Part shown: one piece after another, positions 13,301-25,005 of the stretch | Layout: each line of letters opens with the position of its first letter | Numbering within the stretch: position 1 is the stretch's first letter | The notes under the pieces: model-generated | The model's input: the letters and a program-made list of their open reading frames with translations, nothing else | Database searches by the model: none | What the model was told of the DNA's origin: nothing | Source: Mobula hypostoma | Taxonomy: Eukaryota | DNA: 64,000 nt | Direction of reading: 5' to 3' | Assembly (NCBI RefSeq): GCF_963921235.1 | Contig: NC_086097.1 | Span: 113,586,001 to 113,650,000 of the forward strand | Program-made: the position numbers and the translations under genes

Positions 13301-13739
13301 AAAACCTGTGTGGAAATGTTCAAGGACGGGCTACGGGGGTCAGGGGGTATGGAGGGAAGGCTGGAGCGGGGTTCTGAGTTGGATGATCAGCCATGATCAT
13401 AATAAATGGCAGTGCAGGCTCGAAGGGCCAAATGGCCTACTCCTGCACCTATTTTCTATGTTTCTATAATTGATGCAATTATGAAGAAGGTGCAAGATCG
13501 GCTATATTTCATTAGGAATTTGAGGAGACTTGGTATGTCACCAAAGACTCTAATATATTTCTACGGATGTACCGTGAACAGCATTCAAATTGGTTGCATC
13601 ACCTTCTGCTATGGAGGGACCACTACACAGGGTCAGAAAAAGCTGTAGAAAGCTGTAAAATCATCCCGTTCCACCATGAACACAAGCCTCTCCAACACTG
13701 AGAATATCTTCAAAAGATATTTCAGTATTCAAAAGGCTT

Positions 13740-14395
13740 CAGTGAGATCCACCCTTCCCCGCCCACCGGTCTTCCAAACTCCAGCAAGTACAGGCCCAGA
13801 GCCATCAAATGATCCTCAGCTTAACCCTTTCATTCCCAGAATCCGTCTCGCGAACCTCTTCTGTATCCCATCCAATACCAGTAAAGCCTTTTAAGGATAA
13901 GTGATCAAAACGGCTCATAATCCTCCAAGTGCAGTCTGATCATACCTTATAAAGCCTCATCCTTGCTTTTATAACCTAGTCCTCTCAAATGAATGCTAAC
14001 ATTCTGTTTGCCTTCCTTACCATCCACTCAACTTGCATGTTAAGCTGCAGGGAATTCTAGACGAAGACTCCCAAGTCCCTTTGCACTTCTGATTTCTGAA
14101 TTTGCTCCTGTTTAGAAACACCTTTATTCCTCCTATCAAACGGCACAACCATACACTTATCGGTCACTTCTCTGCCCGTTCTCTTAATCTGTCCAAGTCC
14201 TTCTGCAGACTCCCTGCTTTCTCAACACTACCTGCACCTCCAACTGTCTTCGTATCTTCTACAAACTTGGCCACAAAGCCATCAATTCTATAATCCAAAT
14301 CATTGACATACAACGTGAAAAGAAGCAATTCCAACACTGACCCCTGCGGAATATCACTAGTCACAAGCAGCCAACCAGAAAAGACCCCCCTTTTG
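13740..14395 (-). mobile_element. CR1 LINE reverse-transcriptase fragment
   Basis: VTSDIPQGSVLELLLFTLYVNDLD...KFVEDTK matches the CR1 PQGS and FADD motifs. Confidence 0.85.
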
Positions 14396-15744
14396 TCATA
14401 GTGTTGAGGGAATACGGCATTTTTGCGGACACATCTTTCAATAGACATCAAACTGAAGGCTTGACTCTTTCATGTGCATTTTGAAGGTAAAAAAATTATC
14501 CTGTTAAATGGTTATCCCCAGTGCTGTGGCTAATATTTACTCTTGAATCAACATTCCTGGTGGACCATGGCCTGCGATGTCATTCTTCCTTCAACATTAC
14601 TGATGTAAATCAGATTCAGATTTATTTATCATGCCTACTTCAAAACATACCGTGAAAAGCATTGTTTGTTTAACAACCAACGTACTTAAAGATGTGCTGG
14701 GGGCAACCATCAAGTGTAGCCACGCATTCTGGCACCAACATAGCACATCCACGGCGTTCAACAGAACAGTAACAAGACAACCTACAGCAAAACAGACTGT
14801 TCTTCCACACCCCACTGCCCCCCCACCCCCACCCCCATCTCTCACACACACACTTCTAGTCCTTTTCCTGCTCTCACAGGGTCGCAGATATCAGGCTTCC
14901 AAGACTTGCCTATTACAGGTCTGACCTTCAGGCCACAATTTCCAGACCCACACGGACTTCCAATCCCAGTGACCAGGGATCTCGTGGCTCCTTTGGGCCT
15001 TTACCTTCTGTCTTCTATCTCAGCACTTGCCTTGCTTTGGACTTCGATCTTCTGCTTCGCCCTCCTGACTTCACTGACAACTGGGTATTGACCCCAGGGT
15101 TTGACCTTCGGGTCTCGACTTCCAGACTCCCACAGACCTCATTTGATCTTTGTACGATCCTGGAAATACCTGACCAACGGCACCAAAGGGCCATAACCAC
15201 AAAGGCTGTAATATTAACAGTTTAAGATGGCAATTCTCTGCTACCCTTTCAAAGGCAATTAGGAATGTACATTCAGTTGAAAAAAAATCAAAATTATTCC
15301 AGTGATAACCTTAAAAAGAGGTCATTTACTAAAAACACTGTCAAAAAAGTGCTCATGAATAAACATTTTCTTTTTTGCTTCATTCTTCCCACACAGATAA
15401 TTTGCCCAAGAGTACAGCTGACACACTCGACATGAGAATTAAGCAAATTCTCATCATTTCAATATTCCTAACAGAATTAGTCAACGTGATAACAGGTAAC
15501 AGATGCATCAGAATTTGAGAGTCAGGGTGATTCTCCAAAATCCAAAACGAAAGCTGTTTAAATGCTAACTTAATTTCACACAAGTTAAAGGCAGACAGAG
15601 CCAACTGTACTCAAGTCCCAATGGACAGTGTCCTATGATAGCAAAGAAGTGGCTGACGAGTTAATTGATGCATTGATTGTAATTTTCCAAAATATAGCAG
15701 ATTTGGGAAGGCTCCATATTGCAAAACAACAAAGACAGATGAGA

Positions 15745-15990
15745 TGGAAAGCTGGTGGCGTTGCCGTCTTGCAGTTACAATGACCTGGGTTCAATCCTGG
15801 CCTCAAACTGCGTGGAAGTTTTACACTCTCCCTGCAACTGCATTAGTTACAACTAAGTGCTTCAGTGCCCTCCCACATCCCAAAGATATGCGGGTTGGCA
15901 ACTTAACTGGTTACTGCAACTTACATCCAGTGCAAGTGGGTGATGAAAAATTCTGGGGGGGGGGGGGTGGAGTTTAGTGACACCCAAGGA
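15745..15990 (+). mobile_element. Degenerate V-SINE
   Basis: B-box gggttcaatcc and V-domain-like ctcccacatcccaaagatatgcggg. Confidence 0.55.
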
Positions 15991-17603
15991 CAATAAGTTA
16001 GAATATAGAACATAAGGTAGTGCAGCACAGGCATGCCGAGTGAAATGGCCAGATAAACTAATCCCTTATGACCATATCCTTCCAATTTCCTCACATTCAC
16101 GTGCCCATCTAAACATCGCTTAAGTGTCCCCAATATGTCTGCCTCTACCACCACTACATTTCAGGCACCCACCACTCTGAATCAAAAAACTTGCCCCTCA
16201 CATCTCCTTTGAAGTTACCTCTTCTCACCATGCCCTCTGGTATTAGATGTTTCAACCTGGGAGAAAAAAAGATACTGACTTATCTACTCTGTCTATGCCT
16301 CTCATGATCTTATAAACCTCCAGCAGATTTCCCCTCAACCTCCACTGCTGCAGGGAAAACAACCCCAGTTTGTCCAACTCAAGGTTGGGAGTAAAAAGGA
16401 CAGGAAAGGGAGTGATGGAATTGCTAAAAGCTGGCATAGCCTCCATAAGCCAAGTGTGGTCCTTTTATCTTGAGGAATACAGAGCAGGTTCAGATTTGTG
16501 CTATATAGGATTACACCTGCAGAGGTTTAAAGGCAGTGAGTTGGTTGAAACACAAGATCCCAAAGAAGTCTGGACAGGATATTTCCTGATGCCATTGTCT
16601 AGAACTAAAGGTATTCTTTAAAAATTGCCTAATTAAAATAGCTAAGGTGAAAGCATTTCCTATTAGAGGGTGAAGCAGACTATTTTTAAGGCAGAATTAC
16701 ATACATGCCTGACAAAGAAGGGGTGAATTTTTACCACAGGTAGAGAGGAAGGTGGAAATGGAAGTCACAATCAGATGCAGTGGAGTAGTCTCAGGAGTTA
16801 CAGTACGTGAACTGCTCCAGCTCCCAATTTGTACAGTCAAAATTACTTCGATGCATTTTCTTTTATTTATATATATTGAATATAAACCATTCAGACAGCA
16901 TTTGACAGACAGCGTTGTTAAGAAGTTAATAGGACCGAACTTTTCAAGTGATACATGTGGCTACAATTTTACCCACGCAGTTTTTCCACAAGTGATTGAG
17001 AACAATTTTCTAATTCAAACTCTAGTCCTCATTTTAAAAGCAACACTCCATAATGCTGTGTTTCACAATCTTTGTGCTGAATTGGACAGGTTTGAAATAA
17101 GCACAACAATGCAAGCCAGATGACAATATTTGTCCCTGACATCAGTGCAGCCTTTGAATTTGACATCAAGGAACCCAAGTAAAATTGACATCAATTGGAC
17201 TGGATGAGAAAATGTGCTAGCTGGAAGTATTATTCTATGCAAAAAAAAAATGACTGTGGCTGAAAGAGATAAATCACCTTTGCCACAGGTCCTTGCTGCA
17301 AGAGCCCAGCTCCCACCAGATAATTCAGTGGACTCCTTCCATTAAAACAAAGTGGGAATATTTGCTTACATTTGCATGATATTCATTATTCTCAACTCCT
17401 TAGATAGTGGACTCCTTGCAAACCAGGTATGGAGAGCTTCCAGGCTTCAGCTGTTAAGTAGCAAATAATGCTTACCACACAATGACCATCATTGCATACA
17501 GCAACCCTCATCAGGTGAAGGAATTCTAGCCACCTCTCTTCAAGTTCAATAGTGTTCCCCTTTAATTCAACCACCTCATGACCTCGTCAGTTTTGGAGTG
17601 TGT

Positions 17604-17908
17604 TGGTGCGTGGCCAAGTGGTTAAGGTGTCAGTCTAGTGATCTGAGGATCGCTAGTTCGAGCCTCAGCTGAGGAAACATGTTGTGTCCTTGAGCAAGAC
17701 ACTTAACCACACATTGCTCTGCGATGACACTGGTGCCAAGTTGTATCGGCCCTAGTGCCCTTCCCTTGGACAACATCAGTGGCGTGGAGAGGGGAGACTT
17801 GCAGCATGGGCAACTGCGGGCCTTCCATACAACCTTGCCCAGGCCTGCACTCTGGAAACCTTCCAAGGCGCAAATCCATGGTCTCATGAGACTAACAGAT
17901 GCCTATAA
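17604..17908 (+). mobile_element. tRNA-derived SINE with CORE-like central domain
   Basis: Pol III A-box tggccaagtgg and B-box gttcgagcc, then gtgtccttgagcaagacacttaacc (CORE-like). Confidence 0.75.
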
Positions 17909-19042
17909 AACTGATCAGGAATGCAACTGAAGCAGCCAATTAAACAGTGATTATAAAGGCAGATCAGATAATCCTCCAGTAAGCGATTTGACTCCTAACT
18001 CCCCAGTCCCCTTCCAAGAATATCAAAACTATTTGGGACATATCAAACTGCTTGACAGACACCAGCAGGAAATGTCAATTTTCTCCATCATGGATGTGTG
18101 TGCTATCTACACAGTACACCACGCCACCTTCTAAAACTTAATTTTTACCACGAAGATGGCACGTCAAAGACAGATGGTAATATTCTCTCTCACAAGCTTA
18201 TCTCCAAGATGTGTTCTGGCTCAGAAATGAATCACTATTCCTGTACTATCTGGATCAAAGCCCTGAACTGTAGATATTGGAAAATACTTAATATTGGTGG
18301 ATACAATAGGGTCTTTTAAGAGCCTCTTAGATAGGTACACGAAGCCAAGAAAAATAGAGAGCTATGTGCTAGGGAAATTCTAGGCAGTTTCTAGAGAAGG
18401 TTAAATGGTCTGCACAACATTGTGGGCCGAAGGGCCTGTAATATGCTGTAAATTTCTATGTTCTATACTGTAGGTGAAACACCAGATACTTAAGGTGGTA
18501 GCTAACCATCAGTATTAAAATTCGTCTGTCAGAAAATTCTTCTGCTAAGCCATCTATGAAATTATTGGCCACATTCCACATCCAAATTGATAACATCCAT
18601 TGCACTTCTTTCAACTTAGTTAATTTTTCACAAAACTCAATTAAACTGATCAGGCATGATCTGCAGTTCATGCTGAAATTTTTTTTTATTCTTTTCCATT
18701 TTAATACATTTTTTAATATAAACTTTGCTGACCACTAATTTTAGAGGAATAAATTTGTTTTCTTCGCAAGATGTTTTCATCAGAAAAGAGGTGTGAAAAG
18801 AAAGAGGAAAAAGCCTTACATAACATTACTAATAACACCAAAAACAACTTCAGTAGGAGGGACTTGCTACCCAGTAACAAGTATCTGGTGATACAAATAT
18901 GGATTATAGGTAAAAGCTAATATATTTAATTGTACTTTTGGTAATTAGGAAAATAGATCGACATATCAGCATTTTTCCCTAATTATTCACCTTTTATGTT
19001 AAAACACAGATGTAGAAGTGTATATATATGAACACAACCTAC

Positions 19043-19234
19043 CTCCATTGCAACGGCTGCAGTGTCCTGATCATAGTGCTCCAATTTATTGGGGAAAAAT
19101 GTCATATTATATGAGAGACCTTCGCACCGATGGAAAGTTATAGGCTCACAGGTGAATAGGCTGTGACCCTGGCTCCAAGGTATCACTAGCAGGATTAACA
19201 GACAGACGAGGATCAGCGATGAACTTTTCATCAT
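19043..19234 (-). CDS. FZD6: Frizzled-6 first coding exon (signal peptide and N-terminal cysteine-rich domain); partial CDS
   Basis: [64 protein letters not shown] matches the FZD3/6 N-terminus. SLFTCEP and YNMTFFPN are FZD6-type. The frame ends at a phase-0 donor GAG|GTAGGT, where FZD3/6 have an intron. Start could be 19234, 19231 or the in-frame ATG at 19273. Confidence 0.9.
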
Positions 19235-19451
19235 GAGGAAGCAACGAAGAACTTCGTCTCCAGAATCAAACATAATTTGATCCAGCTTAATGTCGAGAAA
19301 CAATGATAGTTTTCATCCACTTCTGATAATGAACTGCATCCTTCACTCTGTTGCTTGAACGTATTAACTGTACTGATCAATGCAAATTACTTTGCTTTAA
19401 GAAAATGTCCATGAAGTGACGAAATGCCAAATGTTCATCCTCCTTTCAAGC
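19235..19451 (-). other. FZD6: 5' UTR portion of FZD6 exon 2
   Basis: Acceptor tgttttatttccag|G at 19452/19451. Mammalian FZD6 also has a non-coding exon 1 with the ATG in exon 2. Confidence 0.7.
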
Positions 19452-20379
19452 CTGGAAATAAAACACCTGAAGTTAGAACACTGAAAACATTTTAACTGTG
19501 CACATCTACACCAGAGCTGGTTTTTCCACTATTGGACAGGGAGGAGCCGGTTTGGGTAAGGAAGCCCCTCGATTATTGTAATAGTGAACCACCCCAGGGG
19601 GCCACATGAGTGGCAACAGTGCCTTTGGTTTTAAGAAGTGTAATAGAACACTATTTATTGCAATGGCTATAAATGTAAAAATGAAAAAGCATTGCAGTTT
19701 ATTCTTGTAAATAATTTATAATGAATATTGCATATTATTCTTGTAAACAACTTATGAATAAAGGTAATTTTGATACACATTTTAAAAATTACAAAACATA
19801 CACCACTTCCAAAGGGAAAGATTCACGCAAAAAACTGCCTTTACTAAGGAAATTTTCCCAGGTCTCAAACACATGTGGAATTGGAATCCAGGAATTCAAA
19901 CTAGAATGAAACATTAATATAAATTATATATTTAAAGGTACTTGTTAATCATAACTTTTTTTTATAAAACACTTGGAATCAACTGACAGATGGGAGGGGG
20001 TGGGCGCCGAAAACACAACGTGTGGGAGGTCAGGCCATGAGATTCAGCGAGGCAAACAGCTTCGTACTGCTAACTATTTTCACACATATTCACTAAACAG
20101 AAGCTATATTTAAACGGTTCATATCTTAAAAAAACGTATTTGATGTCGTCTTTTCGTTAAAAAGTAGAAAGATCCTTAGCGAGCACCTGCAGCATGCAAC
20201 AAAACTCCTCAAATATTTCCCCAGACACTTGAAAGAAACGACTGGCGTTGGCCACAAGCTGGATATGAATTCTTGCTCCACCGACGAAAGGAAGTTGTAC
20301 TTTAATTTCCAAAGACTTTTCACACTCTGGGTGATGAGAGAGTTTTCCCCACTGTCCACAGGGTGACTGGGAGGAATGG

Positions 20380-20720
20380 GTTGCGGGAGCGTACCTCGTC
20401 CCTACTTTAGCCCACAGTGGACACACCGAGCCGGTACTCCTCACCCCCAGGGAGCAGCCGCTGTTTGTGCGCCGTTTCCCCAGCACTGCACCTCATGCCA
20501 GGGTTGGACCAGCGCCACCGGCCCGCCCCAGGCCCACTCCAACCGACTGCGGCGCCGATCATTGGCCGCACTCGCTCACCTTGTATCGCACCGGACGGAA
20601 TCCTCCGTGAGAAGAGTCCCGGCTCCGGGAGGGCCTGCCCGTGGGGATCCGGCGACGCGACCGCCAGCCGATCTTTCACAGCAAGCTGCAGCTTCGCCCT
20701 CCCCCGCCACTTTTTGCTTC
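20380..20720 (-). promoter_or_regulatory. FZD6: CpG island: FZD6 promoter and probable non-coding exon 1
   Basis: Most GC/CpG-rich non-repeat segment of the window, ~1 kb upstream of exon 2. GC box (cccccgcc, 20701-20708), CCAAT (20561-20565, minus) and donor CAAG|GTGAGC at 20580/20579. Confidence 0.75.
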
Positions 20721-20994
20721 CTGCGCCTCGGCAGTTGTTGCTGCGAGTGGGACTGAGAAAGGAATCTGGCCCGGATCACAACCACTCCCCTTCCCTTCCT
20801 TTCCCGCAGTAGTGAAGTATTCCAGCGAGCTCGACCACGGCACTCTCACTAGGAGATCACAACCAACAGGTGTGCTCCCAACTCCCATCCACCTACTTAC
20901 AGTCTGTGCTCACTTACTGAGATACAACGCCAACCCCTTTTACGTCCATCATATCCTACCTCGGGCTCTGCTCTATTTAACTCCCACGGGAAAT

Positions 20995-21600
20995 AACTTG
21001 TCTTGGTTGTCTGTCGGTTTCGACGATTATGATTGTGTTTGTGCAGCTCATCTGCGGTGTGTTTGAGGGTGACTGTAGAGGCCAATTCTTGAACGACACC
21101 GACGTTCACAGTGGGGAGGGGGACTTGTCCTGGTTCCTTGGGCACGGCCGTTGCTACTGCCTTCCTCTTCTTTTGAGCTGTCTCAGGTCTCCGTGATGCC
21201 TATCTTCTAAGTTGCTGTGAGCAAGTTTAATCAAGGCGCGCCACCTAGTTCTGTCTCGTGCCCTATGATCCAGATGCCGGGGAGCAAGACAACACTGCTG
21301 GCTTTCACGCCGTCTTCGTTCCTTTACAAGGTATATCACGTTTCTCCTTCCCTGTAATAACTGGTCATAGAGCATCAAGGAGTGTGAGTCTTCCGTGCGT
21401 ATAACGTGTCCGGTCCAACAAAGCTGTACTTTCAGGATCATAGCTTCAGTAGTCTCTGCCCTGCTGAAGACTTCCAGGTTTGTGATACGGCCATATCAGC
21501 GGATACCCATAATGGATCTTAGGCTGCTCATGAGGAAGCGCTCCAGCAGTTTGAGTTGCCTTTTGTATGCAGTCCCAGTTTCACAATCATACAGGTGACG
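20995..21600 (-). mobile_element. RTE-clade LINE 3' fragment
   Basis: ILKVQLCWTGHVIRTED...ARDRTRWRALI, with ETGTAYKRQLKLLERF-like sequence upstream. Confidence 0.75.
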
Positions 21601-22393
21601 AATGAGGAGTACAACCTCGTAAAAAAAAAGATCTTGTGGAGTCTACCCTGGAGAGAGTGGTCACCTTAAAAGTATTCTGTAGTGGTTGTCTAATGTGTGG
21701 TAGTTCATCCAACTGACTTGCAGAGTCAGTACAGCCACTACAAAGGCTCACAGTGCAAGGTCCAGTCACCTTCATTCTCTGAGGGACTAAGTCCTGAGTA
21801 ACAGCCTCTCAAGCACTTCATACCTGTATTACACAAACAAGAAACTTGAATGGTTTTGATGCATTGGTTTGATAGTGCAATGAATGATTAATTATTTAGA
21901 TTAGTTTATTGTCATACACACAAAAATGCAATAAAATTTCTTGTTCACATGAAGCTCACATACATTTTAACTCATCAGGCTACAATTATACTTATTTGTG
22001 TTGGGTGATGAACCAGATTTGATTAGGGAGTTTAAGGTGAAGGAACCCTTAGCAGTAATGATCATAATATGATAGAATTCACCCTAGTTTGAGAGGGAGG
22101 AGCTAACATTGAATGTATCAGAGTTACAGTTGAGTAAAGGTAACTACAGCAGCATAAGGGAGGAGTTGGCCATAATTGCTTAGAAGGGGACACTAGCAGG
22201 GATGACAGTATAGCAGCAATGGCTGGAATTTCTGGGAGTAATTTGGAAGATAGAGGAACAACTCGTCCCAAAGAAGAAGAAACATTCTAAAGGGACGATG
22301 AGGAAACTGTGGCTGTTGGGGGTTGTCAAGGTAGTATAAAAGCCAAAGAAAGGACATACAATATTGTAAAAACTAACCATAAGATGGAGGAAT

Positions 22394-23578
22394 TTAAGAT
22401 GTTGGAAAAGATTTGTAGCTCGCCGAGCTGGCTTGCTTATTTGCAGACGTTTCATTACTTAGCTGTGCAACATCAAATAAAATGTTGGTGCTCTACATTG
22501 TTCATCTTTTATGTGCCTCGTGATGAGTGAGTGAGTGTGTGTGTGTGTAAATGTGCCATTCCTATTGGTTACCAATTATCTAAACCACAATTGTTTGTTA
22601 AAATCCATTTAGGTGATAATTGTTGTCTGGGCTGTGTTAGTCAACCGTTATGTAGGATTAATGTCGCCCTCATTGATTGATATGTGTAATCAGGTGTGAA
22701 TTGGCTCTTGGCTCTTGACTGACGACTTGATGCTGAAGTGGGATGTAAATTGGGTTCATTTCAATGTGCTTGTTGATAGAATTTTGAGTGGAGAACAAAG
22801 CCTCGGGCTTGGTGTTGACGAGCTTGGCCTAGGATAGCAACATTAGTCAAGTTGAATTGAAGTGCTTCGCTGTAACAATGTATAGATATAAAGGAAAGTT
22901 GATCATGATGGTCTACAGCCAGTTGGTGTTCATGTACCGTTTATTGATAACTTCCTACCAGTCTGTCCAATATAATGCTTGTCGCAGTTGGTGCATGGAA
23001 TTTTGTATATGGTGTTCGTTCTGTACGTCATAGGTAGGGGGTCTTTTATTTTTGATAGACATTGGCATAGTGTGTGGCTGTAGGTTTGTATGCTACTGTG
23101 ATGTCAAATGGTTGTAGAAATCTATTGGTCATTTCTGATATGTTCTTGATGTAGGGTAGGGTGACCAGCTTGGTTGGACGTTGTGAGCTTCTTCGATTTT
23201 GTCGGTTGGACAAACAGCGCTGAACAAAATTCCTTGAGTATTCCTTGTTCTTGAAAGCTCTGAAGAGATGTTCTTCTTCACTGTTCCGTAGCAGTGCTGT
23301 GCTGCAATGTGCAGTGGCCCATTTGAATAATGTCCTGATGCAGCTTTGCTTGTGGATGCCTGGGTGGTTGCTGTGGAAATTCAGCATTTGATCTGTGTGA
23401 GTTGCCTTTTGGTAGACACTTGTTTGAAATTCACCGTTGACTTGTCATTCAACCACTACATCTAAGAATGGAAGTCGGCTGTTATTCTCCTCTTCTCTCG
23501 TAAACTTGATTCCGGTAAAGACGTTGTTGATCAGTTGGTGTGTCTCATTCAACACAGTGCGTTTCATAATGACAAATG
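22394..23578 (-). mobile_element. Penelope-like element, 5'-truncated (RT end and GIY-YIG)
   Basis: IKFTREEENNSRLPFLDV, LNFHSNHP, LPYIKNISE and NTIYKIPCTNCDKHYIGQTGR; TSD at(g/a)gaggaat at 22384-22393 and 23579-23588. Confidence 0.85.
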
Positions 23579-24605
23579 ATAGAGGAATAGGAAGCTTTTC
23601 AAAAACCAACAGAAGATAACTATAAACAAGGTTTAAAGGCACATGATAAAATAGGCCAAATTCAGTATGGTTTCCTTAAGGGAAAATCTTGCCTGACAAA
23701 TCTGTTAGAATTCTTTGATGACATAACAGGGCTATGTTAATCGACCGTTATGTGGGAGAGTCAGTGAATGTTGTTTACTTGGATTTTCAGAAGTCTTTTG
23801 ACAAGATGTTGCACATGAGGCTTCTAAACAAGATAATAGCCATTGGTATTACAGATATTAGAATGGACAGAAGATTAGCTGACTGGCAGAATGCAAAGAA
23901 TGGGAATAAAGGAGGCCTTTTCTGATTGGCTGTCAGTGAAATACGGTGTTCCACAGAGGTCGGTGTTGGGTCCTCTACTTTTCCCGTTTTACGTTAACGA
24001 TCTGGGTGATGGAATTGATAACTTTGTCGCCAAGTTTACTGATGATACAAAGGTAGATGGAGGGGCAGATAGTGCTGAGGAATCATGGTGTCTGCAGAAG
24101 GACTTGGACAGATTAGGAGAATGGGCAAAGAAGAGTCAGATGGAATACAGTATAGGGAAGTGTATGGTCATGCACTTTGATAGAAGGAATAAAGGTGTAA
24201 ACTATTCTCTAAATGGAGAGAAAATTCAGAAATCAGAGGTGCAAAGAGACTTGGGAGTCCTGGTGCAGGATTCCCTAAAGGTTAACTTGCTGGTTGAGTT
24301 GGTAGTAAGGAAGGCAATGCAATGTTAGCATTCATTTCAATAGGACTAGTATATAAAAGCAAGGATGAAATGCTGAAGCTTTATAAGGCATTGGTCAGAA
24401 CACAGTTTGAATATTGTGAGCAGTTTTGGGTCCCATGTCTAAGGAAGGATGTATTGACATGGAGAGGGTCTAGAGGAGTTCGATGAGAATTAACCCTTTC
24501 ATTCCTGGTATTATATATGAGGAGTGTTTGATAGCTCTGGACCTGTTCTTGTTGGAGTTTAAAAGAATGAGCAGTGTCTCATTGAAACTTATTGAAGGAT
24601 TGAAA

Positions 24606-25005
24606 ATACACTTGGACTAAGATGTTAACTGTCCTGTGCTATCACCAGTGGGATCATCAGTTGATCTGCCACCTGTCTTCAGGAGTTTCGGCCCACTTAT
24701 GATCAAGACTCCCTCAAGGTGGTGGGCCAGCAGTTCTAAAGCACCATCTCTCACTGGTGAGCTTAAAAACTTGGCATCTGCCTCTATCAGAGTTGTTGGT
24801 CGCTTCCATCCAACAGGTAGTCTACTCTTCAGGTGTCTATGCAACTACTGAAGGGTTTGCAAGATATGTATACACTGTCTGACTATCTGCCCCCTGGACA
24901 TACTTGGTCCACACCCATAATGATCCTCTCTCTGCTGCCTCAGCTACAGCCCTGCTGGTTGACTTGATCTCTCTTCTAGTGAAGCCAAGGTCACCTCGCC
25001 ACACA
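24606..25005 (-). mobile_element. Hero-like (restriction-like endonuclease, R2 group) non-LTR retrotransposon 3' end
   Basis: Minus frame VWRGDLGFTRREIKSTSRAVAEAAERGSLWVWTKY resembles the Hero C-terminal AAE.xS.W.W motif. It interrupts CR1 with an approximate TSD gaa(gg/t)attgaaa at 24594-24605 and 25006-25016. Confidence 0.7.
24647..24713 (-). ncRNA. Candidate permuted/pseudoknotted hammerhead-like RNA motif
   Basis: GGGAGUC UUGAUC AUA AGUGGG CC GAAA CUCCU GAAGACAGGUGGCA GAUCAA CUGAUGA U CCCACU contains all core nucleotides and three complementary stems. Confidence 0.55.

Noticed and set aside
17604..17680. tRNA-like sequence with A and B boxes
   Set aside because: It continues into a SINE body and lacks a proper acceptor stem, so it is a SINE head rather than a tRNA gene.
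19586..19606. CTCF-like motif accaccccagggggccac in FZD6 intron 1
   Set aside because: Several mismatches to the core consensus; not supportable from sequence alone.
20376..20756. Plus-strand ORF starting MGCGS, reminiscent of the BAALC N-terminus (MGCGGS)
   Set aside because: The conserved RADAIEPRY.ESW does not follow; overlapping ORFs on both strands are expected in a GC-rich island.
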